A DNA stretch of 64,000 bases from Bacteriovoracia bacterium (GTDB taxonomy: Bacteria; Bdellovibrionota; UBA1018; CAIPTA01). Position numbers and translations under genes: made by a program. Shown here in pieces: positions 38,050 to 47,300 of this stretch (positions are counted from its first letter, which is position 1; the number at the start of each line of letters is the position of its first letter). Location of the stretch: assembly GCA_050246755.1 (NCBI GenBank), contig JBFWVL010000002.1:224001-288000 (forward strand), read 5' to 3'. Under the pieces are notes generated by a model. The model saw nothing but the letters and a program-made list of their open reading frames with translations, searched no databases and was not told the DNA's origin.

Positions 38050-38119
38050 CTTAACGCAGTCCTAATAATTGCGCGGCATGCTTCACGCCGGCCTAAAGGA
38101 AGCCTAACCGGAACCTGAC
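38050..38119. promoter_or_regulatory. 11-bp-periodic direct repeats (PhoB/OmpR-type box candidate)
   Basis: CTTAAC 38050, CCTAAT 38061; CTTCAC 38081, CCTAAA 38092, CCTAAC 38103, CCTGAC 38114. Confidence 0.5.
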
Positions 38120-38152
38120 CCGGCAAAGAGCTTTCCCGTCGATACTAAAATC

Positions 38153-38902
38153 ATGTTCTTAGCCGACTTTCACGTTCACACGAACCGCAGCGATGGAAAG
38201 CTTCCACTTAAAACGGTGATCGATCTTTACGGGGAGCATGGATTTGGCGCGATCGCGATCACCGATCACCTTTGCGACCAATATTCTTTTTTGGGGAAGG
38301 CCTCGCGGTTTCTCGGCTATAGCCTAAACGAAGAAAATTTTCAGCGTCACATGGAAGATCTGGCGGTGGAGAAAGAGCGGGCCTGGAAGCAATACCGCAT
38401 GGTGGTCCTTCCCGGGTTTGAAGTGACCAAAAATTCCGTCTCGAATCACCGTTCCTCCCATATGCTGGCGGTGGGCACGGAAAAATACGTGAACCCAAAT
38501 CTTTCCACCGAAGAAACTTGCGCGGCGATCCGTGAGCAGGGAGGGCTCGCGATTGCGGCCCATCCCGTATTTTCCCAGAAGATGGAGAAGCAAACCTATT
38601 TTCTTTGGGACCGCCGGGAGGAGTTACGCGGACATTTCGATGCCTGGGAAGTAGCGAGCGGCCCGCATTTATTTCCCGAGGTGATGCGTAGCGGACTACC
38701 GATGATCGCCAATAGTGACCTTCATCACGCCAAACAAATGACCAGCTGGAAGACGGTTTTGCGTTGTGAAAAAAATCCGGAAGCAATTTTGGACGCGATA
38801 CGTCGACAGGAAATTGAGTTCGCCTTTTACCGCGCTGACGCTGCAGAGCGTGGTATTTTTGGTGCGTCGTTTCGCGCCACCAGCCCCCCGCTGCAATTCT
38901 AA
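38153..38902 (+). CDS. PHP-domain metallophosphoesterase
   Basis: DFHVHT..SDG, AITDH, AAHP, NSDLH. Confidence 0.9.
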   Translation: MFLADFHVHTNRSDGKLPLKTVIDLYGEHGFGAIAITDHLCDQYSFLGKASRFLGYSLNEENFQRHMEDLAVEKERAWKQYRMVVLPGFEVTKNSVSNHRSSHMLAVGTEKYVNPNLSTEETCAAIREQGGLAIAAHPVFSQKMEKQTYFLWDRREELRGHFDAWEVASGPHLFPEVMRSGLPMIANSDLHHAKQMTSWKTVLRCEKNPEAILDAIRRQEIEFAFYRADAAERGIFGASFRATSPPLQF

Positions 38903-38995
38903 AGTTGACCGGTCAAGAAAAGACGTTACACTTTCCCTACGATATAAATCGGACGCCTAATTTCGATTAGGCTTGGCAATGACTTAGGAGGCCTC

Positions 38996-39529
38996 ATGAA
39001 CACTGTATTCAAGCTAGCTGCGTTGGCTGTAGTTGCAACCCTTTCCGTTGCGGCTCAAGCTGCTCCCAAACAAAATAAAATCGCGATCAAGACCTATGAA
39101 TCCAGCCCTACCCGCCACAAAGCCGGCGGACAAAATATGGCCGGTTGCGGTCTCGGTTCGATGGTGGTGGACGATCCTACCAAATGGTCCCAAGTGCTCG
39201 CCGCTACCGTAAACGGAACCGGCTCGCAAACGATCGGTATCACTTTCGGCACCTCGAACTGCGTAGAAGACGGTGTGTCTTCCGCGGCTCGTGAAAAAGA
39301 TGCTTTCGTAGAAGCCAACTACGCTGAACTCCGTCGCGACCTCGCTACCGGTTCGGGCGCCTACCTCAGCTCCCTCGCCAGCCTCTACGGCTGCAAGGGC
39401 GAAGCGGCTCAAGGCTTCAACAAGGTTCTCCGCAACCATAACGAAAAAATCATCAACGCGAATCCGGCCACTGCCTCCAGCGTGATTGATTCCGTAGTTA
39501 CGGCTGCCGGCGTTAGCTGCCAAGGCTAA
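38996..39529 (+). CDS. DUF3015-family secreted protein
   Basis: AGCGLGS...ATVNGT...GITFGTSNC...G.G.YL.SLA.LYGC; AGGAGG RBS. Confidence 0.88.
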   Translation: MNTVFKLAALAVVATLSVAAQAAPKQNKIAIKTYESSPTRHKAGGQNMAGCGLGSMVVDDPTKWSQVLAATVNGTGSQTIGITFGTSNCVEDGVSSAAREKDAFVEANYAELRRDLATGSGAYLSSLASLYGCKGEAAQGFNKVLRNHNEKIINANPATASSVIDSVVTAAGVSCQG

Positions 39530-39575
39530 TTTAGCCTTTTTCATTGGGCCATGGCTCTGCTACCCTCCGGGGGGC

Positions 39576-41324
39576 ATGAGATCCGTGGCCCTTTTTTTAT
39601 TTTTCTTTTCCGTGCCCGCGTTTGCCGAACTTAAGGCCAGCGATCCGTCTTGGCGGGCGCTGCTGCATTTTAGCGGAAGCGATTCCACCATCAATCCTAA
39701 AGGCGCGTTTTTTCTCGCGGCGGAGGGCTTTCGTGATCCCGCCGCCGAGCTTGAAGCCACTAAAAAATTCTTCGCCCAAAATCCGGAAGCGCCTTGCCGT
39801 TACCCCGCGCGAGCGCTTGCGCTCGGCTGGAAAAAAGAAGGGCGCGGGGAAGCCTGCCTGCGCTGGAAAAATTGGCGGGAAGCGATTCGCCCTAAGGGCC
39901 TCGAGCTAGTTTTTGCCTCGGCTTTTCTGAACAGCCCGGCTTCGATGTACGGGCATACCCTGCTGAAGTTTCCCCGGGCCGGAAAAACCGAAGGGGAAGA
40001 GCTGCTCGATTATACTCTCAACTACGGGGCTAATACCGCCGGCACCAAGGGCGTGGCCTACGTATGGATGGGGCTGTTCGGCGGCTTCGATGGCTTGTTC
40101 ACTACCGAGCCCTTTTACCTGAAGGTAAAAGAATACAATTTCATCGAGAACCGGGATTTTTGGATTTATCCGGTGAATGTTTCTCCGGCCGAAATCGAAT
40201 TATTGCTGGCGCATGCCTGGGAGCTTCGCGATACCGGGCTTCCTTATTATTTTTTGCGCAAGAATTGTTCTTACTATCTCCTGGAATTTCTCGAGGTGGC
40301 GCGGCCGGGATCGGAGCTCACTAAAGATTTTCCCTTGTGGGCGGTTCCCCTCGATACGATCCGCGTGCTGAAAGAAAGAGGATGGATCGGCGAGCCGCGC
40401 TTTCGCCCTTCGCGCTCCAAGCAGCTCGAAGCGGAGTGGAACGAGCTGAGCGGAAGCGAGCGCACCTTGGCCGGAAAATTAGCTAAGGGAGAAAATAGTC
40501 CGCTTCCTCCCCAGCGGGAAGCGAAGGTGCTCGACGCCGCCTACGACCTCTGGAAATACCGGAACGAAGCCAAGGCCGGAGCCGATCTCAAGGTGGAGGA
40601 TTTTCTTCTGCGCGAAAGAAGCCGCTATAAAGATCCCGTGCAGGTATTCGAGTTCCGAGAGACGAAACCCGAGAACGGACACCGCTCCGGACGCTTAGGG
40701 CTAGCGGGCGGGCTAAACCGTCTTCACGCCTTTGGCGAAATTCAGTACCGGGGCACTTTCCACGATCTGCTCGGGCCACCCGAAGGCTACGAACCGTACA
40801 GCGAGCTCTCCATGGGAGATATGCGGGCACGTTTCGAGAAAGGCCGTTTCTACCTGGACCGCTTCGACGTGCTCCGGATTCGCGCCCTCTCTCCGCGCAG
40901 CGAGTGGTTCCCGCGTTTTGCTTGGTCGGTGAAGTTTGGCTTCGACCGCGCCAAAGAATTTCTCTGCGCCGATTGGCGCTGCTCTAAAGGCTTGGTCAAC
41001 GGCGGCGGCGGGATCTCCGCGAAGATCGGCCCCGTTTTGTTCTTCGCGCTGGCGGAAGGGGACGCGGAAGTGGGGGGAGTTTTCGATCCGAACTACCGGC
41101 TTGCGGCCGGCCCGAGTGGAGGAATTTTTCTGCCCCTCTGGAAAGGCGGCCGGGCCCTGGCGGAGGCTGAATACCGCTGGCGTATCTTGGGCGAAAAATT
41201 TCAGCGCCGCCCACTACGGTTAGGGCTTTCGCAAACCTTGGGGCCCAATTGGGAATTGCGCGCGCAAGGCGAAACGAATCGCGGCTACCGCGAAGCCTCG
41301 GCCGGCCTCTTCCACTATTTCTGA
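39576..41324 (+). CDS. DUF4105 (Lnb N-terminal domain) outer-membrane protein
   Basis: CRYPAR, SPASMYGHTLL, ENRDFW, YYFLRKNCSY; C-terminal barrel ending in F; usual partner of DUF3015. Confidence 0.85.
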   Translation: MRSVALFLFFFSVPAFAELKASDPSWRALLHFSGSDSTINPKGAFFLAAEGFRDPAAELEATKKFFAQNPEAPCRYPARALALGWKKEGRGEACLRWKNWREAIRPKGLELVFASAFLNSPASMYGHTLLKFPRAGKTEGEELLDYTLNYGANTAGTKGVAYVWMGLFGGFDGLFTTEPFYLKVKEYNFIENRDFWIYPVNVSPAEIELLLAHAWELRDTGLPYYFLRKNCSYYLLEFLEVARPGSELTKDFPLWAVPLDTIRVLKERGWIGEPRFRPSRSKQLEAEWNELSGSERTLAGKLAKGENSPLPPQREAKVLDAAYDLWKYRNEAKAGADLKVEDFLLRERSRYKDPVQVFEFRETKPENGHRSGRLGLAGGLNRLHAFGEIQYRGTFHDLLGPPEGYEPYSELSMGDMRARFEKGRFYLDRFDVLRIRALSPRSEWFPRFAWSVKFGFDRAKEFLCADWRCSKGLVNGGGGISAKIGPVLFFALAEGDAEVGGVFDPNYRLAAGPSGGIFLPLWKGGRALAEAEYRWRILGEKFQRRPLRLGLSQTLGPNWELRAQGETNRGYREASAGLFHYF

Positions 41325-41869
41325 AGCATTTTATCAGCGAATTGGTTGAGCGAGGTAGCCGCGCCCACCATCTGCTTGAGCACGCCGTCCTGAATGAGTT
41401 TTCCTTCGGCGTCGAAAGCCTTATCCGCAAAAGGGCATTGCACTTGTTCGGGGATCACCCAAGTTTTGATGCCGGAAAGCACCGTGCGCAGGTGAATTAG
41501 GTTTCTCGCGCCGCCGAGGGCGCCAGGAGAGGCCGAGAGCAAAACCCCGATTTTTCCTACCCAAAGATTACCGGGAGGCCGCGTGGCCCAATCGATGGCG
41601 TTTTTTAGGTTACTGGGCGTGGAGGCGTTGTATTCGGGCGAGGCGATCACCACGATGGGGTATTCTTCAAGAGCTTTGCGGAAATTCAGGATCGAGGCGT
41701 CGAGGGGCTTTTTTTCCAGGTCCTCGTTCATTAGGGGCATCTCGAGGGGAGGATAGAGCTTAGTTTGGGCGCCTTCCTTCTCGAGCAGCGCAAGGAAATT
41801 GCGAAGGAGCTTCAAATTATAAGAATCCACACGTAAACTACCACAGATACCCAGAACCTTTTTTTGCAT
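41315..41869 (-). CDS. NAD(P)H-dependent FMN reductase
   Basis: GSLR..SYN, SPEYN, LKNAIDW..R, SASPGALGG. Confidence 0.92.
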   Translation of the reverse strand: MQKKVLGICGSLRVDSYNLKLLRNFLALLEKEGAQTKLYPPLEMPLMNEDLEKKPLDASILNFRKALEEYPIVVIASPEYNASTPSNLKNAIDWATRPPGNLWVGKIGVLLSASPGALGGARNLIHLRTVLSGIKTWVIPEQVQCPFADKAFDAEGKLIQDGVLKQMVGAATSLNQFADKMLQK

Positions 41870-41903
41870 GCGGGAAATGTATCTAACCCCGCGGAGGGAT
41901 GCA

Positions 41904-42317
41904 ATGGCCGATCGACAACTTAGCCTGAACCAACAGTTGGCGCTCCTCCCGGTGGCGATCGCGGATTCCGTGCTCGATTTCCTCGAAGATTTTAACTACG
42001 CCACTGCGCTGCAAACCGAAACCGTACAGTCGAGCCTGGATCCCGACTACTGGAAAAAAAACGGTGAAACCCTAAAAAATGATCTCGAAGCAGTGCGCAA
42101 AGAACTGGGAAAATTGCAGACCATTTCGGTGGAGCAGGGCGGCCGGGAAATTCCGGGCGCCTACCTCGTGCGATTGGGATTTGAAAAAGGCACCAAAGGC
42201 CTGGGTCTGCTCACGAAGATGAAAGAGAAAACGATTTTCCGCGTTTTACTCCAGCCCGGTGAGTACAACGAAGTTGCGCTCAAGGAATTAGCTAAAAATC
42301 CGCCGCAAGCGGGATGA
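41904..42317 (+). CDS. Hypothetical protein
   Basis: ORF fills the intergenic space; GGAGG upstream of the ATG at 41904. Confidence 0.6.
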   Translation: MADRQLSLNQQLALLPVAIADSVLDFLEDFNYATALQTETVQSSLDPDYWKKNGETLKNDLEAVRKELGKLQTISVEQGGREIPGAYLVRLGFEKGTKGLGLLTKMKEKTIFRVLLQPGEYNEVALKELAKNPPQAG

Positions 42318-43128
42318 GATCTTTCGGCGCGGGGCTTTCCCACAAGCTGAGGATATAGCCGCCGTTTCCTGATCCCGTAGGTTTGACGGCCAAGGCCCCC
42401 GCACTTTTTAATTGCTGCATTTGTTGCTCCACCGCGGTCGGCACTAAGTTCCATTCCCGAAAAATATCGGCCGCTTCGTTCATCGCGTTGGCGAGCTCTT
42501 TTTTTCCGTTCGGAGTGGCGAGCGCATTTTTTGCTGCCCCCACGAGCTCTCCCATTCGTTGGTCGAGCTCGGGCCTGGCGAGCGCCATTACCTGCTCCAC
42601 GCAGGCCTTCGTGGAAGATCTTAGGCCGCTGTCGAACAGGTATAATTTCGGCTGCCACGCCATGGAGAGGGGTTCGGGAGGTGCATGCCGGCGGAAGAGA
42701 ATGGGTTGTTCGCTGAGCGTGGCGGCCACGTCGATTCCGCTCGAGCTGCCGTGGAAAATATTTTCCAATTCGAGCGCCAACGCGAATGGATCCGAGCTTT
42801 GGATCCCGATTTTTTCCAGGAAGCGCACGGTGGCTACCGATAGGGCGGCCGAAGATCCGAGGCCGGCGCGCACCGGAATTTCACTCACGAGGGTAAAGGA
42901 CCATTTTTTCCCCGGTAGCTTTTTTCCGAGCAGTTCTAGCGCGCGTTCGAGGATGAGCCGGAAAGGCTGCGCGTAGTCACCCGCTGAAACCTCGAGCCCG
43001 CCACCGTTTTCTTCCTTCCATTCCAGGCGAAGCTTCTTGCTCTGAAGCGGAAAAACCAGCGCGGGCTCGCCGCGCACCACGCTATGTTCGCCGAGGAGAA
43101 TGCACTTACCGTGCACCTCAACCTTCAC
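42292..43128 (-). CDS. mvk: Mevalonate kinase
   Basis: GKCILLGEHSVV, IPVRAGLGSSAA, HGSSSGID, KPTGSGNGG; GTG start. Confidence 0.9.
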   Translation of the reverse strand: MKVEVHGKCILLGEHSVVRGEPALVFPLQSKKLRLEWKEENGGGLEVSAGDYAQPFRLILERALELLGKKLPGKKWSFTLVSEIPVRAGLGSSAALSVATVRFLEKIGIQSSDPFALALELENIFHGSSSGIDVAATLSEQPILFRRHAPPEPLSMAWQPKLYLFDSGLRSSTKACVEQVMALARPELDQRMGELVGAAKNALATPNGKKELANAMNEAADIFREWNLVPTAVEQQMQQLKSAGALAVKPTGSGNGGYILSLWESPAPKDLIPLAADF

Positions 43129-44066
43129 GCCTCGCTCTCCACGAATTTGATTCCGGGATGGGCCTCGCCGAGGAGGGCCCGGTAGCGCTCCCGCTCGGAA
43201 ACCGGCACCAAGAGGTGCACGTTCGGGCCGGCGTCGATCGTGGCGATCGGGCCTTTGCCCTCTTTTTCCCATCGCTCTTCCACCCAGCGAAGCATCGCCA
43301 CCGTACCGGGGGAGAAGTAGCTGAAGGGAGGAACGCTGGTATGAAACAGGCTATGCATGTCCCAAAGCTCGGCCCAGGAAATTTCGGCCACGCGCGGGAG
43401 ATTTCCGGCTTTCATGGCGGCGGTAAGCTCCTTCATCCGGTTTTCCACGCGGGTGGAACGGGTGGAGAATAAATCGCTGGTGCGCACGCGCTGGTGGGCC
43501 TCCGAGCTCGACACTTTTTTGAATCCGGTTTCGATCACCGCCACGAAATCCACGAGGGGAGGGAGGGAATTTTCCACGGGGCCGATTTTCTCGCCTTCCC
43601 ACGCGCACCAGGGAGAAAAGAAAGAGCGGCAGGAAGATCCCGATCCAGTTTGGCTGATCTTGGCTAGCGCCTCGGGAGAAGGCATGGGTTTTCCCAAAAT
43701 CTCGGCGAAGGCCATATGTGCCGTGCGCGTGAGCGCCGCGAAGCTCGAGGCGGAGCTGGCGAGGCCGGCATCGCTCGGAAAATTATTACCCGATTTCAGC
43801 TCGAAGAAGCCTTCCACACCGGCTTCGGCCTTGAGGCGCTGGAAAAACTTCACGAATCGCACCGTGGATTCTTCGCGCAGGGGCGCGGAATTGGGCAGCG
43901 GTCGCCAGCGGTCGTTCTCGGCGCCGGTGAGAGGGGAAATTTCTACTTCGGTGCGAAAATCTTTCAGCGTCATGGAAAGGCTGGGATTGGTGGCGCGGTT
44001 GCCCGGCTCTTTTCCCATGTACTTGATGAGGGCGATATTGGAGGGGGCGAATGATTTCCAGCTCAT
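43125..44066 (-). CDS. mvaD: Diphosphomevalonate decarboxylase
   Basis: SNIALIKYMGK, GLASSASSFAAL, GSGSSCRS, TIDAGPNVH. Confidence 0.93.
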   Translation of the reverse strand: MSWKSFAPSNIALIKYMGKEPGNRATNPSLSMTLKDFRTEVEISPLTGAENDRWRPLPNSAPLREESTVRFVKFFQRLKAEAGVEGFFELKSGNNFPSDAGLASSASSFAALTRTAHMAFAEILGKPMPSPEALAKISQTGSGSSCRSFFSPWCAWEGEKIGPVENSLPPLVDFVAVIETGFKKVSSSEAHQRVRTSDLFSTRSTRVENRMKELTAAMKAGNLPRVAEISWAELWDMHSLFHTSVPPFSYFSPGTVAMLRWVEERWEKEGKGPIATIDAGPNVHLLVPVSERERYRALLGEAHPGIKFVESEA

Positions 44067-44075
44067 GCATCAGGT

Positions 44076-44900
44076 TTATATCGGGAGGGAGGCTACCTCA
44101 ACCAAAGAATGGTATTCGGCCCAGTCGCTAAGGTCTATTTTCTTGGCGCTGCACACCAGGAGTACGTCGCTTCCCATGGCCCCGCAGCCTTTGGCGGCCA
44201 AAACCTCTTTGATCCTATCCAGGGATTTTAGTGCCGCCGCCGAGTGCCCCGCCACGAGATCCAGGCGCGCTAGTTCTTTTTCATAAGCGCGAACCGAGTC
44301 TAGAAAAATCGCGGTTTTGCCCTCGCTGCACGCCAGGATTCCTTGGTCGGCGATTTGCGTCAGGATTTTCACGTTCAGCGCAGATTTCTCTTCTAGGTGC
44401 ACATGGGTAGGAAGTTTACGGCCGGTGTGAAAGAGCGTGGCCTGAATGCCTAATTTCCCCAGGGGAAAGAAATTCAGTTTTCGCTGATTCAGATCGACAT
44501 AAAGGAGGGCGGCAGATGTGGTGGATCCCTGGGCAAGGAGATCGGCCCCGCTCCCGGTGCAACCTAGTTTTTTATAAAGGTCCCAGGCTTCCCAGGCGAA
44601 GGCTTCATTTCCCGGATTATTTTTTTTTGCCGCCAGCACCGACAGGAATTCCGCGCCCGATCCGCCGAAACCTCCCTTACCTTGGTGAGGATCGCGGAAT
44701 TCCAGCGTGCGTAGGTCTACGCCGATCAGCCTGGAGGCCTTTCCCGCGGCGGATTCGGCGTGAAAGGCGGGCTTGGTGCGAGTCTTCTCCGTGCTTACTT
44801 CGAAGTTCGGCCCGTGCGCCAGGAGCAATGCGCGCCCATTTTGCAAAATAGCGTATTCGCCGAGCACGAAGGTTTTGCTGGGAAAGGAAAAAGTAGGCAA
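44076..44900 (-). CDS. GHMP kinase, probable phosphomevalonate kinase
   Basis: PSKTFVLGEYAIL, GGFGGSGA, SGADL, KGCGAMGSD; operon context. Confidence 0.75.
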   Translation of the reverse strand: MPTFSFPSKTFVLGEYAILQNGRALLLAHGPNFEVSTEKTRTKPAFHAESAAGKASRLIGVDLRTLEFRDPHQGKGGFGGSGAEFLSVLAAKKNNPGNEAFAWEAWDLYKKLGCTGSGADLLAQGSTTSAALLYVDLNQRKLNFFPLGKLGIQATLFHTGRKLPTHVHLEEKSALNVKILTQIADQGILACSEGKTAIFLDSVRAYEKELARLDLVAGHSAAALKSLDRIKEVLAAKGCGAMGSDVLLVCSAKKIDLSDWAEYHSLVEVASLPI

Positions 44901-44903
44901 GGA

Positions 44904-46199
44904 TCAGGTGCCGGAATTGAAGGCGCGCAGGAGATCGAGGAGCTCGCGGGCGCGGGTCATCGTGATGGTTTTTTCCCGCTTAAGGGCCGCGAGGAGTTTT
45001 TCCCGCAGCGGAGCCATTTCTCCGGGCATCGCGCCCACCGCGATGGCAAGGTTAGTGGCGTGTAGATTCATATGACCCTTCACGATTCCCACCGTGGAGA
45101 GGGCCTTGAGCGCGCCGAGATTCTGGATCAGCCCCACGGCCGCAATTTTGCGCGAAAGCTCTTCGGCGCTTTCGGCGTTGAGGATGCGCAAGCATACTTG
45201 GGCGGTAGGATGGAGCTTCGTTACGCCGCCCACGGTGCCTACCACGAGGGGCGCCGAGAATTCGCCTACGAGAGTTTCCCCATCCATGCGCCATTTCGTC
45301 ACGGGCTCGTAATGGCCGTTACGGGTGCAGTAGGCGTGCACGCCGGCTTCCACGGCGCGCCAGTCGTTGCCGGTGGCGATGAGCACGGGGTCGATTCCGT
45401 TCATCACGCCCTTATTATGGGTGGCGGCGCGGTAAGGGTCGAGCTCGGCGAAGAGCGAAGCTTCGGCGATGCCGCGCCCTACGTCGGGGTCGATGCCTGG
45501 CAAGCGCACGGTGGCTTTCGTGATTTTCGTGTCCACCAAATTAGAAAGGATGCAGAGGCCCACTTTTTCGCCGGTCCAGGCGGCGAGGTAAGGCTTGATC
45601 GCTTCGCAGACTTGGTTGATCAAATTGGCGCCCATGGCGTCGCAGGGATCCATGTACACGTGGAGCACGAGCATTTCCCGGCCATCGGGGCGTTCCATCC
45701 GGCGTACCTGAAAGCTGCGCACGCCGCCGCCACGTTTCACGAGGCCGGGCACCACCGAGTTGGCGATGGCGAGTAATTCGTCGGTGCGGGCGCGGATGGT
45801 CTCGATCAGGTTGTCTTTTGCGTCCACGTGAGGGAACTGCACTTGGCCGATGATCGAGCGGCCCTCCACCGAAGTGGTCACGCTGAAGCCTTCGTGGGAG
45901 CGAACCCATTTGGCGGTACCGCTGCAGGCCGCGATCACGGAAGTTTCTTCGATGGCCATCGGGATCGGCACGTCCACGCCGTCGATTTGAAAATAGGCGG
46001 CGAGGCCGAGCGGCATCGGAAAGGTGCCGATGAGGTTTTCCACGAAGTGTTCGGCTAAATCTAAATCGAGGGGAGAGCGGCCTTCGAGGATATCGAGGTC
46101 GGCGTCGCTGAGGTTCGCCATGCTTTTCAGGCGGGCGAGTCTTTCCTCGCGGGAAATTTTGGAAAATCCTTGGAATAGGGCTTCTAGATTTTCCGCCAT
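44904..46199 (-). CDS. mvaA: Class II (degradative-type) HMG-CoA reductase
   Basis: EN.IG, PMAIEETSVIAA, DAMGAN, ATHNKGVMNG, GNDWRA, GHMNLH. Confidence 0.95.
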   Translation of the reverse strand: MAENLEALFQGFSKISREERLARLKSMANLSDADLDILEGRSPLDLDLAEHFVENLIGTFPMPLGLAAYFQIDGVDVPIPMAIEETSVIAACSGTAKWVRSHEGFSVTTSVEGRSIIGQVQFPHVDAKDNLIETIRARTDELLAIANSVVPGLVKRGGGVRSFQVRRMERPDGREMLVLHVYMDPCDAMGANLINQVCEAIKPYLAAWTGEKVGLCILSNLVDTKITKATVRLPGIDPDVGRGIAEASLFAELDPYRAATHNKGVMNGIDPVLIATGNDWRAVEAGVHAYCTRNGHYEPVTKWRMDGETLVGEFSAPLVVGTVGGVTKLHPTAQVCLRILNAESAEELSRKIAAVGLIQNLGALKALSTVGIVKGHMNLHATNLAIAVGAMPGEMAPLREKLLAALKREKTITMTRARELLDLLRAFNSGT

Positions 46200-47221
46200 T
46201 TTTTCGCCTTTCTCAAAGCTTCCGGGCTTTTCGATCCGGTGCAGAATAGGGCCACTTTGAGCTCAAATTCCATTGCCTGCATCCAGGCTTCCAGCTCCGC
46301 TTCCCCCAAGAGCGCTTTTTCGAGCGCGGGTTTCGCGAAACCTACTTTTCGGGCGCCTAGAGCCAGGGCCTTAGCCGCCTCTAATCCTGACCGTATCCCA
46401 CCGCTTGCCCATATTTCAAGCTTGGCGGGAAATTTTTGCTGCATGGCATTATAGAGGGATTCCACGGTGCTTTCGCCCCAGCCAGCGAAGGTTTGGGCGG
46501 CCTGTTTTTGGATACTGGCGTCGGGAGCCCGGCCGCCTTCGATCCGGCCCCAGTGGGTACCGCCGTAGCCGCTAAGGTCGATCACGCTGAGCCCGATAGT
46601 GCGGAGTCTCTTCAGGGTGGCGGCCGAAAAGCCGCAACCCGTTTCTTTCAGAATCACGGGCACGGGGCTGGATTTACAAAGTTTTTCGAGCGCCTTGAGA
46701 CCGCCCTTAAAATTAGGAGTTCCCTCGGGCTGCAGGGCTTCCTGCATGGGATTCGTGTGCACGATGAGCGCCGCCGCCTGGAGGGACTCGGCCAAGCCGA
46801 GCACCTTGGCTACCGGATTCGTGATGATTTGGCTCAGGCCCACATTGCTGAAAAGCAAGGCCCCGGGCGCCTCGGATCTCAGGCGCTTCCATTCCGTCTT
46901 AGCTCCGGAATCGGTGAGCTCGCGGCGCTGGGAGCCAAGTCCCATGGGCCATTTCCGGCGCGCGGCCGTGCGGGCGAGGGTGAAATTAAGAGCCTCTCCC
47001 TGGTGGTGCCCGGCCGTCATCGAAGAAATAAAGAAAGGGCTCGCGGCTTGGTATTTCCAAAAATTCGTGGCGAGGCTGATCTCGCTGAAATCGAGTTCGG
47101 GAATAGCTTCGTGCACAAGGTGAATTTGACCGAAGCCGCTACCGCCGAGGGCTTCCATCGAGGGATCGAGGGCGAGGCGTAAATGATCAGCCTTGCGGCT
47201 CTCGAAGCGCTCCGTATTCAT
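46184..47221 (-). CDS. fni: Type 2 isopentenyl-diphosphate delta-isomerase
   Basis: RKADH, SSMTAG, GSQR, H.NP.QE..QPEG, KETGCG, GGTHW, SGGIR. Confidence 0.95.
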   Translation of the reverse strand: MNTERFESRKADHLRLALDPSMEALGGSGFGQIHLVHEAIPELDFSEISLATNFWKYQAASPFFISSMTAGHHQGEALNFTLARTAARRKWPMGLGSQRRELTDSGAKTEWKRLRSEAPGALLFSNVGLSQIITNPVAKVLGLAESLQAAALIVHTNPMQEALQPEGTPNFKGGLKALEKLCKSSPVPVILKETGCGFSAATLKRLRTIGLSVIDLSGYGGTHWGRIEGGRAPDASIQKQAAQTFAGWGESTVESLYNAMQQKFPAKLEIWASGGIRSGLEAAKALALGARKVGFAKPALEKALLGEAELEAWMQAMEFELKVALFCTGSKSPEALRKAKKWRKI

Positions 47222-47300
47222 GCTTCTACCTTATAGAACTTCGTTTTTTTTGTCGAGGCGATTGCTTGCGGTGCGAAGGGGCGCAGGATAATTTTTCCCT

